From Tricharina praecox (lineage: Eukaryota), in the NCBI RefSeq assembly GCF_024521635.1, contig NW_026250410.1, positions 372,001-436,000 of the forward strand: a stretch of DNA of 64,000 nt, read 5' to 3'. This document shows, in pieces, positions 48,153 to 63,449 of the stretch (its first letter is position 1; every line of letters starts with the position of its first letter). The notes below the pieces were generated by a model. The model was not told the DNA's origin. It worked only from the letters and a program-made list of their open reading frames with translations, and did not search any database. The translations under genes were made by a program, and so were the position numbers.

Positions 48153-48290
48153 CAATTGTTCGACATAGGTAGTCCGGTCCGGACTGCAGTCGGGACTGGA
48201 CGGGCTGCGTAAAAGTAGTCCGTCCAGTCCATGGAAATCGTGGACTGGGAGCGGACTGGGAGCCGACCGCAGTCCGGTAATGTGCACTTG
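48153..48290. mobile_element. Degenerate fragment of the same MITE family as 62850-63449
   Basis: Shares TGTTCGACATAG, AAAAGTAGTCCGTCC and GCAGTCCGGTA with the 62.8-63.4 kb element; GGACT/AGTCC-rich. Confidence 0.6.
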
Positions 48291-49824
48291 GTTGCACTTA
48301 TGACCGAAGAAAAGAAAAAAACCACCTTTGGGTGCTGAAACTTTCCGTCTTGAGTAGTTCGGGTGGTTACGGTGATGTACCGTGTACATTACTTAAACAA
48401 TGATCAGACTGAGTCTCACACTATGCAATGATTTTCGAGTCTGAACAGCGATGGCTAGTTGGTCCTACTGGATAGGATATGAAATACCCCAGGACTCCCC
48501 CGTTTGCTGGGAAGCCCAGGCCCAGGCTCAGGCCCAGGGGCCAGCACTCTCCTCTGTTCCTCTCTCGAGCCGCGGGTTTGGGCTGTGGCCATGAATCATA
48601 ATTGCAAATGTTGCGACTTCTCGTATGGTACGAAACGGTGATTAGGGGGTTTTGTTTGGTTATCCTCACATTCGGCATTCAGCATTTAGCATAGGTAAGT
48701 GAGTATCTAGGCTGCGGCGGCAGCTGTAGTTGGGGGGGGTCTTTTTAAAAAGAGTTCACCATTCTGTACCGTAGGTATTCGGCCACGCTCGACCATGATG
48801 ATGGCAGCTGTAAGCACAGACACCGTTTCCCGACCTCACCTCACCGGCCACAAAATGTTCAGCCTGACGTATTGTATGTAACTACCAACGGCGGTTACAT
48901 AGTCTGATTAGTTCTCCGGATAGACTGAAAGATTTTCGAACACGGAACAGAGCAGAGTGATAAGCTGTGAACATGTGGTGAAGTTTGCCGCTAGGAGTAA
49001 CCATTTCCGCCTCCGCCTCCGCCTCCTGCCCTACCGGTATGTACTGTATAGATTCGGGGGTAATAAAACCGATGTTTCCCGCTGGACGGACATTGATATC
49101 GTATCAGGGCATAAAAACCCCGTATTTTGACCGTGCTGATGCCATATCACTACCGTTTTCTTAAAGATGCGGTAGCAGTACCATTTCTTTACACCCCCTC
49201 ACTATATACCTAGTATATACTAGAAAAGCCGTTGCTCACGGTGTTTGGATTTCAGATTTCACTTTTCGCAAGACCGTCCGAGGCTCCGAGATTCCGAGCC
49301 ACGTACATGTCCCGTGCAGATATCTATCCGGCTGAGACGGACGGAAGCAAATCTGAGCCACGTGGGTATCGAGCTTCTTGTACATATCACGGGCGTGCTC
49401 GCACGAACCATAGTCAGTCGTCGTTCCCACAATAAAGTAAAGATATTACACTCCCCACCATTCCCGGCCCCCATCGGGACCATTTAGGCCGCTCATCCCA
49501 TATTCTCTATCCTAGTTACCTGCAGTGACAATAGCGAACGAACGAAGGAACGCAACAAAGTTCGGAAGCAGCAAGCAAGCAAGAGGGGGATCAAGCTACA
49601 AACAAACAAGCAAGCAAGCATAAAAGATAAGAGTAAAAGTGAAAAAAAGTATAGTGACAAAAGATGTATATAAGTAAAGGCCAAAATACTACTAGTAAGT
49701 AAGAATTGACGAAAGCAAGAAAAAACTCCTTGAACAATAAAGTGCAAGAATCCATCCCCTCAAGGCAGCATCGAAGAACTAGACTAAACAAAAGAACGCC
49801 CCCGTACTACACGGTATAGTATGA

Positions 49825-52253
49825 TTACAGCAGTAACAGATCCCCCTGGTTCTGGTCGGGTTGGTACATCTGCTGCGGTGCGGACTGACTCACAACTATC
49901 ACTCGAAGCATCAGTATGGATCCAAAGAACGGGAGGCAATAAAAAAAAGACGTACCATATTGCCCAGTATTACCACCTGTGCCCACGGGCGCGAACGGAT
50001 TGAGGCCCTGGCTCGAAGTGGAAAAGTAATCATCGGCCATATCGCTGGCCAGATCCGGCTGCGGCGTGAGCTGCATTTGCTGCTGCGACGAGGAAGAGGA
50101 CGGCGTCATCATCATATCAGCGATCAGCTGTCTGCTGCGTTCCGCCGCGATGGTGGTGGGCAGCTGGTGTTTCTGCAGTGCGGGCGAATCTATAAGTTTC
50201 TTGGGCCGCGCGGTACGGAACACTTGGTTTACGGGCTTGAGGTACACCGTTGCTAGTGTGCCCACGTTTAGGCACATTTCCTCGAGCGTTGCCGGGTCGA
50301 GCTTCTCCGCTTCCGCGGTGATCGGCGGTTTCTCGCCCATGACGATCTTTTTGGCGGTTGCAGGGTCCGCCGATAGGAGCCGCCAGTACATGTACCCTCG
50401 GTCACGGAGATCCGGGTTGTCAGTTTCTTCGGTGGCCCATTTGAGGACTTTGGGCACCAAGTCCTGCCCTTTGGTGGGACGCTGGATGAAGAGTTTGACG
50501 GTTGCGGTGAGGAGGGCTAGTTGTACCTCGACCGGCTCGTCCTGGAAGGAGAAGAGGAAGTCTTCAAGGAGCACATCCGAGTTCTCGATGCGGTCCGCAT
50601 ACTGTCCGATGACCCAGATCATGGCCGCCTTCGCTTCTGGCTCGTCGAGAGAGTCGAGATTCTCGCAGAGCGTAGAGATGATTGACTCGTACTGGTTCGG
50701 GTACTTGCGGAAGATGTTGCGGATCACGACGGTGGCCTCTTGGACGATGTATGAAACCTTTGTCGCGACGAGCTCGAGGAGCGTGTTGATGCAACGGCGC
50801 GCGGCAGGTTCTATCTTGATCGCGAGTTTGCCGATAGCACGAACCGATTTGCGAACGAAGTGGACGTCGATCTCGGTGGCATATTCGCGAAGCTCCGTCA
50901 GCACTTCCTCGATGTTGTCTTCGTTCGCCAGCATGAATATTAGTTCGAGCTTGGTTACTTTAACGTAGATCGGGTCGTTGTATTTGCAGAAGAAGACGCG
51001 GATGTCATTTCGTAGCACCTCGGGACGCCGCTGCAAGATCAACAGCGCGTTCCTCAGAGCAAGGTATTGCACCTCTGGACCTTTGGCCAGCAATGTCACC
51101 AGCGGCGGAGACAGTTTCCGACAAAGAGCTGAAATATCCTTCGGGTCGGATATGTAATTCATCAGATAGAGGATCATTCGGATGCAAGTGAGCACGACCG
51201 CCGAGTTCGAATGTTGTAATCGGGGTGAAATGCGCTCTGCCATGATGCTGGCTTCACTGCAGTCTTGCGGAACGTACGACATGAGCGCCTCCAGGATGTA
51301 CGTCTGCCCCCATCTGTAGACTCATTAGAGCTTCATCCTGCACGAACATGTTGTGGACCGCCAAATAACGTACTCTGAGCAGTCTGGGAGAATCTGCACA
51401 ATCTTGGAAGCATTTGCGTGGTCGATGGTGAGCTTGATGGTCTCACTGCGCTCCCATATGTCCATCAGCGATACCAGAGCACTCGACACAACTGTCGGAT
51501 TGTCGTCTCTCAGCAACGCATTCAATCCTTCTATCAACCCCCCGCCTCCGTTCTTGACCACCGAGCTCTCCACGAGCTCTCTATCATGGTCGTAGAGCTT
51601 TGCCACGCAGAATGCCGCCGTCTTTCGCACGTAGGGGTCCGGGTCTCGGAGCAGGCCGCGTAGGGGCGTCACTGTAGCTTCGACGAACTCGCGAACGTGG
51701 ATGTAGGAGAGAGTTCGTAGGGCGAGCGCGCGGACGAGGGGATTGGGATCGTCCATATCGGACACCAGAATCGGCAGGGCATGCTGTGCCATCTCCGGCT
51801 TCAGACGGCCGTAGTTTACAAGGAACAAGAAGCACCTGCGACGTCGCGGCGGCCAGTCAGTCAAGCTCTACGTTGCAGCACATACGCCGGCAGCGCTGAA
51901 ATAATGCCGCGCCGAGACACGGACGTGCGAGTGTGCGGGCATACATCTTCTTGATCTCAAGCGCCGGAATCATCATGCACTGGATGACGTCTGGGAACAG
52001 CGCGGCCATGTCGTTATTGCTCATGGTCATATTGGCAACTATCTTTTTGAGCGCAATCTTCTTCCTCGTGAAGTTCTTGTCCTTCTTGTCGCTCTGGAGT
52101 TCGGCGCGCAGCTCGGCGACTTTGCCCTACAGAAGCACGATTCATGGTCAGCTCCGGCTGCGGGGACAATGAATGGGGGGCGGAATCGAGTGGATTCGTG
52201 AGCGGGTGGGAAGTTACCCGAGCAAAGAAGCGTGCATCACCACCGCTGGACAT
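49825..52253 (-). CDS. APL1: AP-2 adaptor complex beta subunit (multi-exon)
   Basis: [41 protein letters not shown] is AP-2 beta-type. Adaptin_N motifs [36 protein letters not shown] and [16 protein letters not shown]. Confidence 0.85.
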
Positions 52254-52707
52254 GATTCTGCTCGTGATCTTGTATTCTTGGAAGCTTCTTCTTTTCTGTC
52301 TGGGAGGATGATGATCTTCTGCTTCTTCTTCGACTTTGTTTCTATCTACGTCAATTCTATGATTGGGAGATTCGCGTGTCTTCCGGCTGGGGGGATGGGG
52401 CGGTGGTTGCAGGGCAACAGGCAAATTGATGGAACTATCCGGCTTAGTCAGACTACCCCAACACTCCGCACAAGCCACGAGTGCGAGCCCCATCGGCTTC
52501 GCCATCCGAAACTCTCATCTGTCTCTCCTCAGCTGCACAGACACCGTCAGCCAAACGGACACTCCTTCTCTCCTGCCCCGACGCCAGCAACCGATACACC
52601 CCTCGAACCCGCCGAACTATCGATTGATCATACACTCGCTATTCCGATTTACCTTCTGATACATATAATTTGCAACACTCGAGAAATCTCTGTCGCCTGC
52701 CCGCACC

Positions 52708-53446
52708 ATGCCGCCGAACCATCCGCCCCGTATGCCCCCTCCGCCTTGGGTTATCGACCTCAAGAACCTCCCTGCCAACAAGCCGCGCCCGGTGTCCTCC
52801 TCGATCCCCGACCCGCCTGGATTCTCCGCTCCCTCCGGCTCCAAGGTATTTGACTATCCTACAAAATGCGGCTGCCCTGGAGAAGGAAAGAGAGAGATGG
52901 GGAGAGGAGAGGAGAGGTGTCGTACAGGCAGCTAACCGCCCTTCCCCAGAAATCCGCGAAACTAGGCCCCAGCACGTCCGCGAATCCCAGCGAAACCGAT
53001 GACCTGTTCCTAAAGAAAGCGTGGGAGATCGCACTTGCGCCCGCGAAGGCCATCCCGATGAACGCTATCATGATGTACATGTCTGGCAACACGCTCCAGA
53101 TCTTCTCCATCATGATGACTGTCATGTTGTTCATGAACCCGATCAAGGCTCTCTCGACTGTTGGCTCCACGTTTTCTCGTTTCGACAACGAGCGTACCCA
53201 CGCCAGACTCTGGCCGGTTAAGCTCGCTTTCATCGCTTTGCAAATCGCCACGATAGCACTCGGAATCTGGAAGGTTAACGGGATGGGCTTACTACCGTAA
53301 GTTATACTCCACCATGCGATTTACGTATGCTTGATCCTAATATTGACTCCTGTCACAGGACTACACGCTCGGACTGGCTCGCATGGGAGAGGGAACGACA
53401 ACCGATGGAATACTCTGCACCAGCCTTCCAGGCAATTCTCAACTAA
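52708..53446 (+). CDS. EMC4: ER membrane protein complex subunit 4 (3 exons)
   Basis: KKAWEIALAPAKAIPMNAIMMYMSGNTLQIFSIMM and GIWKVNGMGLLP|TTRSDWLAWE. Introns 52846-52949 and 53297-53358. Confidence 0.93.
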
Positions 53447-53716
53447 TAGAGATAAGTGACGGATGTGTCACTGTGAGAGAGGGGGGGGGAGTGACGCTGT
53501 GGATTACGAGATTTTCCTTTCTTGTCCTTGACTGCCTTTAGGAGCAGTATTATGCATGCATACTTGATGTGGTGGTTGCGGAGAATTGAACAAAGTGGCA
53601 TCACATTATCATCACAAACAAACTTGGCATCATTTCTCGTATTCGTTCCTCACCAGCTAGTGCAAACACTCGTATATGAGGTAGGTACTCACTTACTCAC
53701 ACACATACAATCCAAT

Positions 53717-54607
53717 CTACAGCTTACTATCAACCCATTTGACTTCCCTCTTCTCCACAAACGCCCTCAGGCCCTCTTGGATATTCGGACCCGCCTGCAG
53801 CTGCTTCCAAATCCCCTTCTCCACCCTCGTCGCCGCGACATCAACTCCCACCCCATCCCACGCCCCTCTCAGGGCCGCCCTACTAACAATCACCGAGTCG
53901 GGACTCATACCAGCAATCTTCCTTGCCACCTCGACGGCCCTCTCCACCACGTCTCCCTCAACAACTTCATTAACCAACCCCCAACTCTGTGCCTCCTGTG
54001 CACTCAGCACCCGGCCCGTGAGCGCAAGCTCACTCGCCCGCTGCATCCCCACAATCAACGCCAGTCTCGGCAGCAGGCCCGCAATAGCGACGACGCCCCT
54101 GCTAGTCTCTGGCAGGGCGAACAGACTCTCTTTGTGCGCCAGCACCAGGTCCGTATTCCCGGCGGCCTCCAGGCCTCCACCGAAGCAGATCCCGTGGACA
54201 GCCGAGATCACCGGCTTCTTCCCGAGGCGGGTCGACAGCCCCGCGAAGCCGCCGCCTGCTTGCGGGCGCGCGCGCCCCGCCGTCGAGTCCCATTCTTTGA
54301 GATCGGCGCCGGCGCAGAACGCCGCGCGCTTCTGGGGCAGCCGCGCCCCGGTGATGATCGCGCACCGCAGCGAAGAGGTGTTGTCGTACCACTCCCAGAT
54401 GCTGGCGAGCTGTACGTGGCCCTGCGTCGAGATGCAGTTCATGGATGTGGGACGGTTGAGGGTTACTGTCGCATGAGGTGTTAGCTAGTTGTAGTGAGCA
54501 AGGAGAGAGGTGGGTATACCCAAAAGGATGTTGTCCGCAGGGAAAGAGATCAGAACATGCTCATCCACCTGTGGCGGCGGCGGGTTGAAGGTGGGCGCAG
54601 ATGTCAT
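53717..54607 (-). CDS. Enoyl-CoA hydratase/crotonase family protein with PTS1 (SKL); 2 exons
   Basis: VTLNRPTSMNCI, AFCAGADLKE, KPVISAVHGICFGGGLE, FALPE, EGLRAFVEKR. C-terminal -SKL. Confidence 0.92.
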
Positions 54608-55209
54608 GGTGAATGATATTGATAATGATAGCACCTGGCTACTTCTTCTTTTGCTTCTTGTAATTGATATGATATGATGCCGCAAAGTTGCGTTTGTAGG
54701 GTAGATATAGGCAATTGGATATCGGAGATAACATTCTGGGGGAAGTTGAGGGGATTATGATGGGGAGAGCTCTCAGATGCTTGCCCGCGTAGCCGTTGCC
54801 GAGGTTCACAGCCGCGGCTGGAGACAACTGCAGATCCGTTGAATGCTGAAGGCAGGGAGACTCGCGAAGAGTGATGAGCGATGAATGGATTGTTGCACTT
54901 TTGCAAGATGAATATACACCGTCCCGAGCACCTGAATCCGTCACCAAGTCGATAATTCTTGTCGATAACACTCAAGCTGCAGGATTCCATACATCATGTT
55001 CGTCACGCCAGCTATGCGGCTCAACAGGTAATTAAGTACCTAGCTTTAAGGTCCCTACTGTTGTAAAACAAACAAAAACCCTGCACCTGCATCACCTCCC
55101 ACCTCTCTCCGACCTCCGACCTCCCCCCCAAGCTCCATCACACACACGTCCGCATCCCCACCGCCCACAACACACCAGCAACCTCCCAGCAACCAACAGA
55201 ACTACCACG

Positions 55210-55861
55210 ATGGCGACAACGAATTACAAAGAAGCGTTCGCACTGTTCGACAAGCGTGGCAACGGCCGCATCCCCAGCAGCAGTCTCGGCGACCTCCTCC
55301 GCGCGTGTGGCCAGAACCCCACGAACGGGGAGGTAGACGAGCTCGTCCGCGGCGTGAAATCCGACCGTACGCGCCTCCCCTCCCCTTCCCTCACCTCTCC
55401 CCCCTCTGTTTCCCCCGCTCTCGTGCTGATGGGATTCGTTAAAAGTCGACTTCGAATCGTTCCTCAAAATCCTGAACCGCCCCAATGGCTTCCGCGAGCC
55501 CGGCGAGCCGCAGGAGTTCGTGCGTGGATTCCAAGTGTTCGATAAGGATATGACGGGGTATATTGGCGTTGGAGAGTTGCGATACGGTATTATACCCCGC
55601 CCACCCGCCCGACCCCTGAGACGGAAGGAGAGGGATGGGATGATCACGATGCTGATGTGGTGATGGGAGGATAGTCTTGACCAGCTTGGGTGAGAAATTG
55701 ACGAATGAGGAGGTGGATGAGCTCCTGAAGGGAATGGAGATCAAGGGGGATCAGGTCAACTATGTTGGTGAGCACCATCGCGTTGCAACCCCTCCACACC
55801 TCACGACTCATGGCTAATCGAATACCTCACAGACTTCGTCAAGATGATCATGGCTAACTAA
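55210..55861 (+). CDS. cdc4: Myosin light chain Cdc4/Mlc1-like EF-hand protein (4 exons)
   Basis: NYKEAFALFDKRG, LGDLLRACGQNPT, EFVRGFQVFDKDMTGYIGVGELRY, LTSLGEKLTNEEVDELLK. Confidence 0.92.
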
Positions 55862-56315
55862 GCTCCATGACCGCATGCACTCCACACACGAGCTTAGCTT
55901 AATGAATAGAGGCGGTGGACAAGAGGGAGGAGTGCTTGTCCGTTGCTTTACTGTCTTACATACCATGGATCGGTTTCCGTTCTTCTTTCGCATCATACTT
56001 AGCGTCGCTATTATTGCTTGCTTATTCCAATGATTATGATGATGGTGATGATGATGGTGGTGATAATTGTGGAGTTTGTACGCTTTTCACGATGTGCTGC
56101 GACCTGCTCAGGGGATACAACGTCTTTATTTCAACGGCCCCATCATAAGCGAATCGAACGCAATCTGCTCTCCAAAAGAGTATGACTTCCACCCTCTTGC
56201 TCACAAGACAAGTGCTTCGACCAAAAAGAAAAGAATAGAGTAAAATGAATCAAAAACTCCGATGCCACACGGTCAAAAAAGAAAAGAGACCCTTTGCGTA
56301 TCACCCATACACCAT

Positions 56316-58151
<1,836 letters not shown>

Positions 58152-58452
58152 GGTGATAGGCGAAGCGGTGGATGGTTTGATGGATGAAAGTTCAAGTCTA
58201 GGAGATGTGTAAATGGAGGTCCGAGGGAATTGAGTTATATGGTCTCGCTCAAGCTCAAGGGCTAACAAGGAGATGCTCCGACACGGCTACGGGTCGGTGG
58301 GGGGGGGGTAAAATAAACGAAGCTTAGTGCGGGGTAGGTTGCTCAAGGCTAAACGCCGAGAGAAGCGCAATTCAAGCAAGCAAACACGGCACAGACAAAC
58401 AGATTGGCCTACATACCTCTTCCAGGGGGTTTCTATCTAGATCCGCACGGCC

Positions 58453-58457
<5 letters not shown>

Positions 58458-58505
<48 letters not shown>
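58458..58505. repeat. (CTG)16 microsatellite upstream of PGI
   Basis: 48-nt perfect trinucleotide run. Confidence 0.95.
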
Positions 58506-59838
58506 AGATGATGATGAGCTGTTGGAGTTGCAGGGTGGGGTGCTAATCGCAATTGCAATGAGGGGTTTTGTTTTCGAGATAGCTCGGGCACTTCTCTGCA
58601 GCTACATATATAGAGGATTTCCCTATCTCGTTTCCATATTGCATCACATCCCATATCCCGCCGTGGAGACCGGGTGACGTACGTACGTGGGCACTGGAGG
58701 AGATGGGGCGCCGCCGGGGGAAGGAAGGGGGATCCTTTGCTGGGGGGGCTGCTTTTCCGGCGCCCCGCCACGTCTAGTACTGCACCGATGTTTCACGGCT
58801 GAAGAAAGGACTAGAGAACGTTTGGGCGGCTGTGAACCAATCATCGCAGCAGCTGTCGCAGCAGTCGCAGTCCACTCTTGCTTGACCTCCCGCCAGTGGT
58901 GGGGCTTATGTAAGTGGGCAGGTATTGGGGTCGACGGTTAAACTCCGGATGGCCATCGCTCGAGCCCCAACGTTCACGTTAACGCCAACGCCGATGACCC
59001 CACGTCCGATCTCCACGGAAAACTTCCCCATGCTTCGCCAGCCTGCTCATAACCCCGCACTCGTTATCTGAATCGCCGGTATCAAATTTGCTCCCGTCGA
59101 CTGCCGGCTGAAAGCGGGCGGACCTTCGTGGCCCGAAATCAAGTGAAAAATTCGGCCTGCAGATTCGTGCAGTGCAGTTCAACGGATCCGGAGTTGCTGT
59201 ACACGTTGGAAGTGGAATCACAAAGAACATCTCAACTGCGGTGTCAGCACTGCAGAAACAAGACACTCTAGATGCACCGTCAATCTGTACTCTATACGTC
59301 GAGTAAAGTACATGGTGCTCATGATGATACTCTATTTACTCTTCCCGCCGTAGAAAGTTCTCTAGTATTCTACTTTTCCTAGGCAAACCTTCGCACTAAT
59401 GGCCGCCGCCGCACGCAGCTGTCTTGGGATATCGATGAGGTCGTCCCGCTCCACGATCCATCGCTCAACACAGCAATACTCATGAATGAGAAGATGCATA
59501 CATCCCATTGATTCGTCTCGAAAAAAACCTACATAAAAACGCCTCTTGCCCCAATCCTTTGATATCCTCGCGCTCAAGCATAGTACACGACTGTAATAAA
59601 AAAAACAATGTAACCTCCAACGGAAGCATGGAAAATCCCCCCCTCGGTCTGATCGCATACTCCAATTGAGCTGAAACGAGGTATGTCAGCCAGACGGAAA
59701 CAGCGGATAAAAAGAAGCGAGAAGCGTTTATCACGAAAAGAGACAGTATGTGTCAAGAAGATGAGGAGGATGGGAAGTGTGCTGAGTTGACCACGATTAG
59801 GCGAATCACATACAAGTATCTGTTGACAACCGGGTATT

Positions 59839-61639
59839 TCAAGGCTTGCCAATCCATCCAGAGTCAACGAAGAACTGATGAATCAGGCCAACCTTTTTGC
59901 CGTTATCCTCATTTTCAACCTATGTATATGGATGGAAAGAGTATGTTAGCCGTGTCATAATCGAAGCTATGGTTGGGTGATGACTGACCCTGCATAGAGC
60001 TTTTGCGGTGTCCACATCAACAATGCCGCCATTCTTGATGGCTTCGCTTATCAGCCGTTCCTTGATGCACATGAATGACTTGGGTTTGAGAAACATCTTC
60101 TTGCACAGCTTCTGTTCCTTCTTACTGAGGAGGTGATAGTCTGTGGCATGCTCGATGTTGTTCAGAGACGCCGTGTTACCGTTCACTCCATTCCTCCTCA
60201 CGCCATTGGCAGCCGGGGTTGGCGACATTGGTGATGATGAGTCTTCGCGAGCGAAGGACGTTGGCGGGAGCTTGGGGGCGGTGAGCGGGTTGATCGGTGG
60301 TGCCTCGACTGGCGGTGTTGCTTTGGAGTATCGATGGGAGAGGCGGTCAACAGGATTGAGCTTGTTTCGAAGCACTTCGTTCTGGAGAGATGCAGTTTTA
60401 GCGCCGAGGCTAGTGGAACGTCATGTGACCGGTGTCACGAGGACCACTCACTCGCTGAACCTTCTCGACCTCATATTTCTGCCCTGCTTCGAGGGTCTGG
60501 ATGCCCATTCGCCTCCACTCCTGCAACTGCGTGACGGCTTGTCTTAGTGTGTACTCTTGCAACATTCCGTCAGTGAAGTCATCATAATCCCGCTTATTCA
60601 TTATCCGTGCGAAAGGTTTGGGTTTATTGAGCAGATCTCTCTCATCCTTTGTTCGTCTCTTCTCGATGGCGGCGTTCTTGCGGTATTCCAAAAGACCGTG
60701 CTCGAACATGACCTTCTTCCGTTGGGCTCGCTGCGTGAGCTTGTGGTTGTATATGTCCATCACCGTGCACTTCAACTCAACCTCCGGTTCCACCTGACCA
60801 GTGCTCGGGTTGATCCCATCGCCCGGTTCGAAGAACAGATCCTTCACCGCCATTTCGGCCTCATTATCAAACTCCGTCTCAAACTCCAACCGACCAGGCA
60901 TGTATCCTTGGATTTCATGGCATGACGGGACCGACGCCGTTGGCTTTTTCTTCGGGGCCGACGGAGTGTGCTTCGCAGCCTCCTCCTTCCTCGTTTCGAT
61001 CCTTCGTTTCTTCCTGGACTGAAACTCCTCCCTCGAGATGCCAACGAACGTCCTGTCCCCCGGATCGCTGTGTTCTGGCAGCGGGAATTTCGGCGAGTTG
61101 ATGTAGGTCGCTATGTAGTGGTCTCTAACCTCATCCTTGTCACGTGCGCCTCCGATGTGATCCGCGATATCCGCCCAGGACCCCAACCCATACATTTCCG
61201 CGCCCTGGAGTAGCAAAAGCTCCTCATCGGCGCCCCAGTCCGGCGTGTATATGGGATACGCGTTCTGCTCGATCACATGGTATGAGTGCGAGACGCATTT
61301 GTGCGATCCGGACTCGGCACCGGAGGTGAAGCATGGCACGCAGAGGTCGTACTCAACACACGATGGGTGGGCACAGCGTATCCGAACCTACCGTGGGTGC
61401 GATGTCAGCGGAGTAGTGCGTTGGGGGATGCGTCAAGAGTTGGGTTTGACAGCGACGCCGATCGGAGCGTGCGTTGCGGTGTGTATAAGCGGCGGGGTTG
61501 GGGTTGCGGCGATGCGGTGTTGGCTGGGGGAGGGGGTCCATACGGTGAACGTGATATCGACATTACACGCGTCGCAGTGATAACGCACGCCGGGCTCTAC
61601 TCGACCGGGGTGCACAGACTTTCTCTTGATCACACCCAT
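59839..61639 (-). CDS. ADA2: SAGA/ADA complex subunit Ada2 (ZZ, SANT, SWIRM; 4 exons)
   Basis: [67 protein letters not shown]-like end (..[14 protein letters not shown]). Confidence 0.95.
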
Positions 61640-62849
61640 TGCTGTGTCGTGGTCTTTGACGAAGGCCTGTTAAGCTACCGCGCGAGCGAAGGCGTCCTAA
61701 TCGGGGGCCGGGATTCAACCGCGACACGTTTCGATGCTGATATGTGGCTAACCGACTCGAACGATCGCTGGAGGGCTAGTGTGAGTGGCTGATCGCGTGC
61801 GAGAGAGATAATCGACGCCGACCGGAGGAGCGAAAGGATCGGGGGTGTAGCAGCGGTGCGGTGAGAGTGCGGTACAGACGATGTTTTCCGGATTCGGCTT
61901 TGTAGTTCGTGAGGGGACGAGGGAAGCTCAGCTCCGGGCGTTAGGGGGATCGCGCCGCGGCTGGGTAGGACGTAGCGACTACTGGGTTGGAGTGCCCCGA
62001 TTACAATGGTGCCAAGCCAAGATCAAGCGAGAATAAGGAACGTGGGAGTCGAAACATGAAGTTCCGATAAACCTCCACCGGGGGACTTGGTTTCATTCAA
62101 AGAGAGATCTACTGCGGCTCTGCTCTCGAGATGCTTCACAACAGCATCCAAGCAGCGTGGGCTTCTGTGTGGGATCCATCTTCAGCCCGCTTGGAATTCT
62201 GGCCCATGGTGGCTTGGAATTCTGGCCATTGCGGCATGAGAATGCTAGTCAGAACTGGCATAGAAAGAGAAATCTTTCAGCCGCAGCTGCAGCCGCACCC
62301 ACCGAGTCGGGCAACTTAACGTGTGCACACTTCGTCAGTGCTGTGAAGGCTCTCTAACGGTACTTGTTACAGTCCCCAGCACAATCACAGCAACGACCAT
62401 TTACGGTATTCCTTCCACGACAAAGAATTCATCGACATAGGGAACTTGACAATAACTCCACTGTCAGCCCTCGGCGACAATGATTTCTCCAGGGTCCCAA
62501 AGGGCGATCAGATACCGAGCCAAGTTCATGGTGTCAACTGCGAAACCTTAGTTAGCCGTCAAAAGTGTTTGGCTGCCGGAGCCCGAACAACCGCACTATT
62601 GGCAGATCACTTTGCTAGCCGCGAGTGTCGACCGGACAGCCACCGTCAACCCGACCTAACAGCCACCGCCGTCCCGTCTCCCCACGAATTGTCCGCCATG
62701 ATCTCGATTCTCGATGGGCCGTATTCCATCCGATGAAGCAAAAAGACTCCGGTTATCAGAGTCTGCTTTCATCGCGGGGCGAGCGGACCGGACGTTTTCT
62801 CAGAATCCGGCTCGTGCTAACCAAGTCTCATTATTCATACACTCCAACC

Positions 62850-63449
62850 CAGTGTTCGACATAGTCCAGTCCGTCCGTTCTGAGCCTCGGACTGGGCTGG
62901 ACTGTATCTTGGCAGTCCGTCCGGGAGCAGTGTTCAGACGGACTGGTCCAAAAAATTGGAGGGTAGGACGAACTACTTTCACGCAGTCCGTCCAAATGGC
63001 CGGAATGGACCAGATTTTGGCAGTCCGTCCAGTCCGGACTATATCGAACACTGCTCCAAGGACCAACCCTCCGCTACGGACTCCCAAGACCCAGTCCCGT
63101 CCATGCCTTTTGGAGGACGGGATAAAAGTAGTCCGTCCCGCCCGTTAAGTTTCTGGACGGGATTGGACTGCAGTCCGGTAGTTAAAGAAAATTCCCCTCT
63201 TTCCAGCACTTCCTCTACCAAATCCGGCAGTAAGACCTTTCCAGGACACCACCTTCGTCCAATTTGCGCTGTACATAGGTATGTACTTTTACCAGTCTTG
63301 GTGGTCTTAGCAGTCGACTACAGTTCGTCCCGTCCGACCTTACTGGTAGACTAGTCCCGTCCAACAGAAACCTCCGGACGGACTGGATATATGTAGTCCA
63401 GTCCCGTCCATGGGTCCGAACGGACTGGACCGGACTATGTAGAACACTG
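62850..63449. mobile_element. Non-autonomous TIR element (hAT-like MITE), composite with an extra internal right end at 63053
   Basis: Left end CAGTGTTCGACATAGTCCAGTCCGTCCGTTC versus reverse complement of the right end CAGTGTTCTACATAGTCCGGTCCAGTCCGTTC. Dense subterminal GGAC/GTCC repeats; no transposase ORF. Confidence 0.75.

Noticed and set aside
62131..62760. Short ORFs and a GCTTGGAATTCTGGCC direct repeat upstream of ADA2
   Set aside because: Only two repeat copies and no identifiable product; cannot be supported as a feature.
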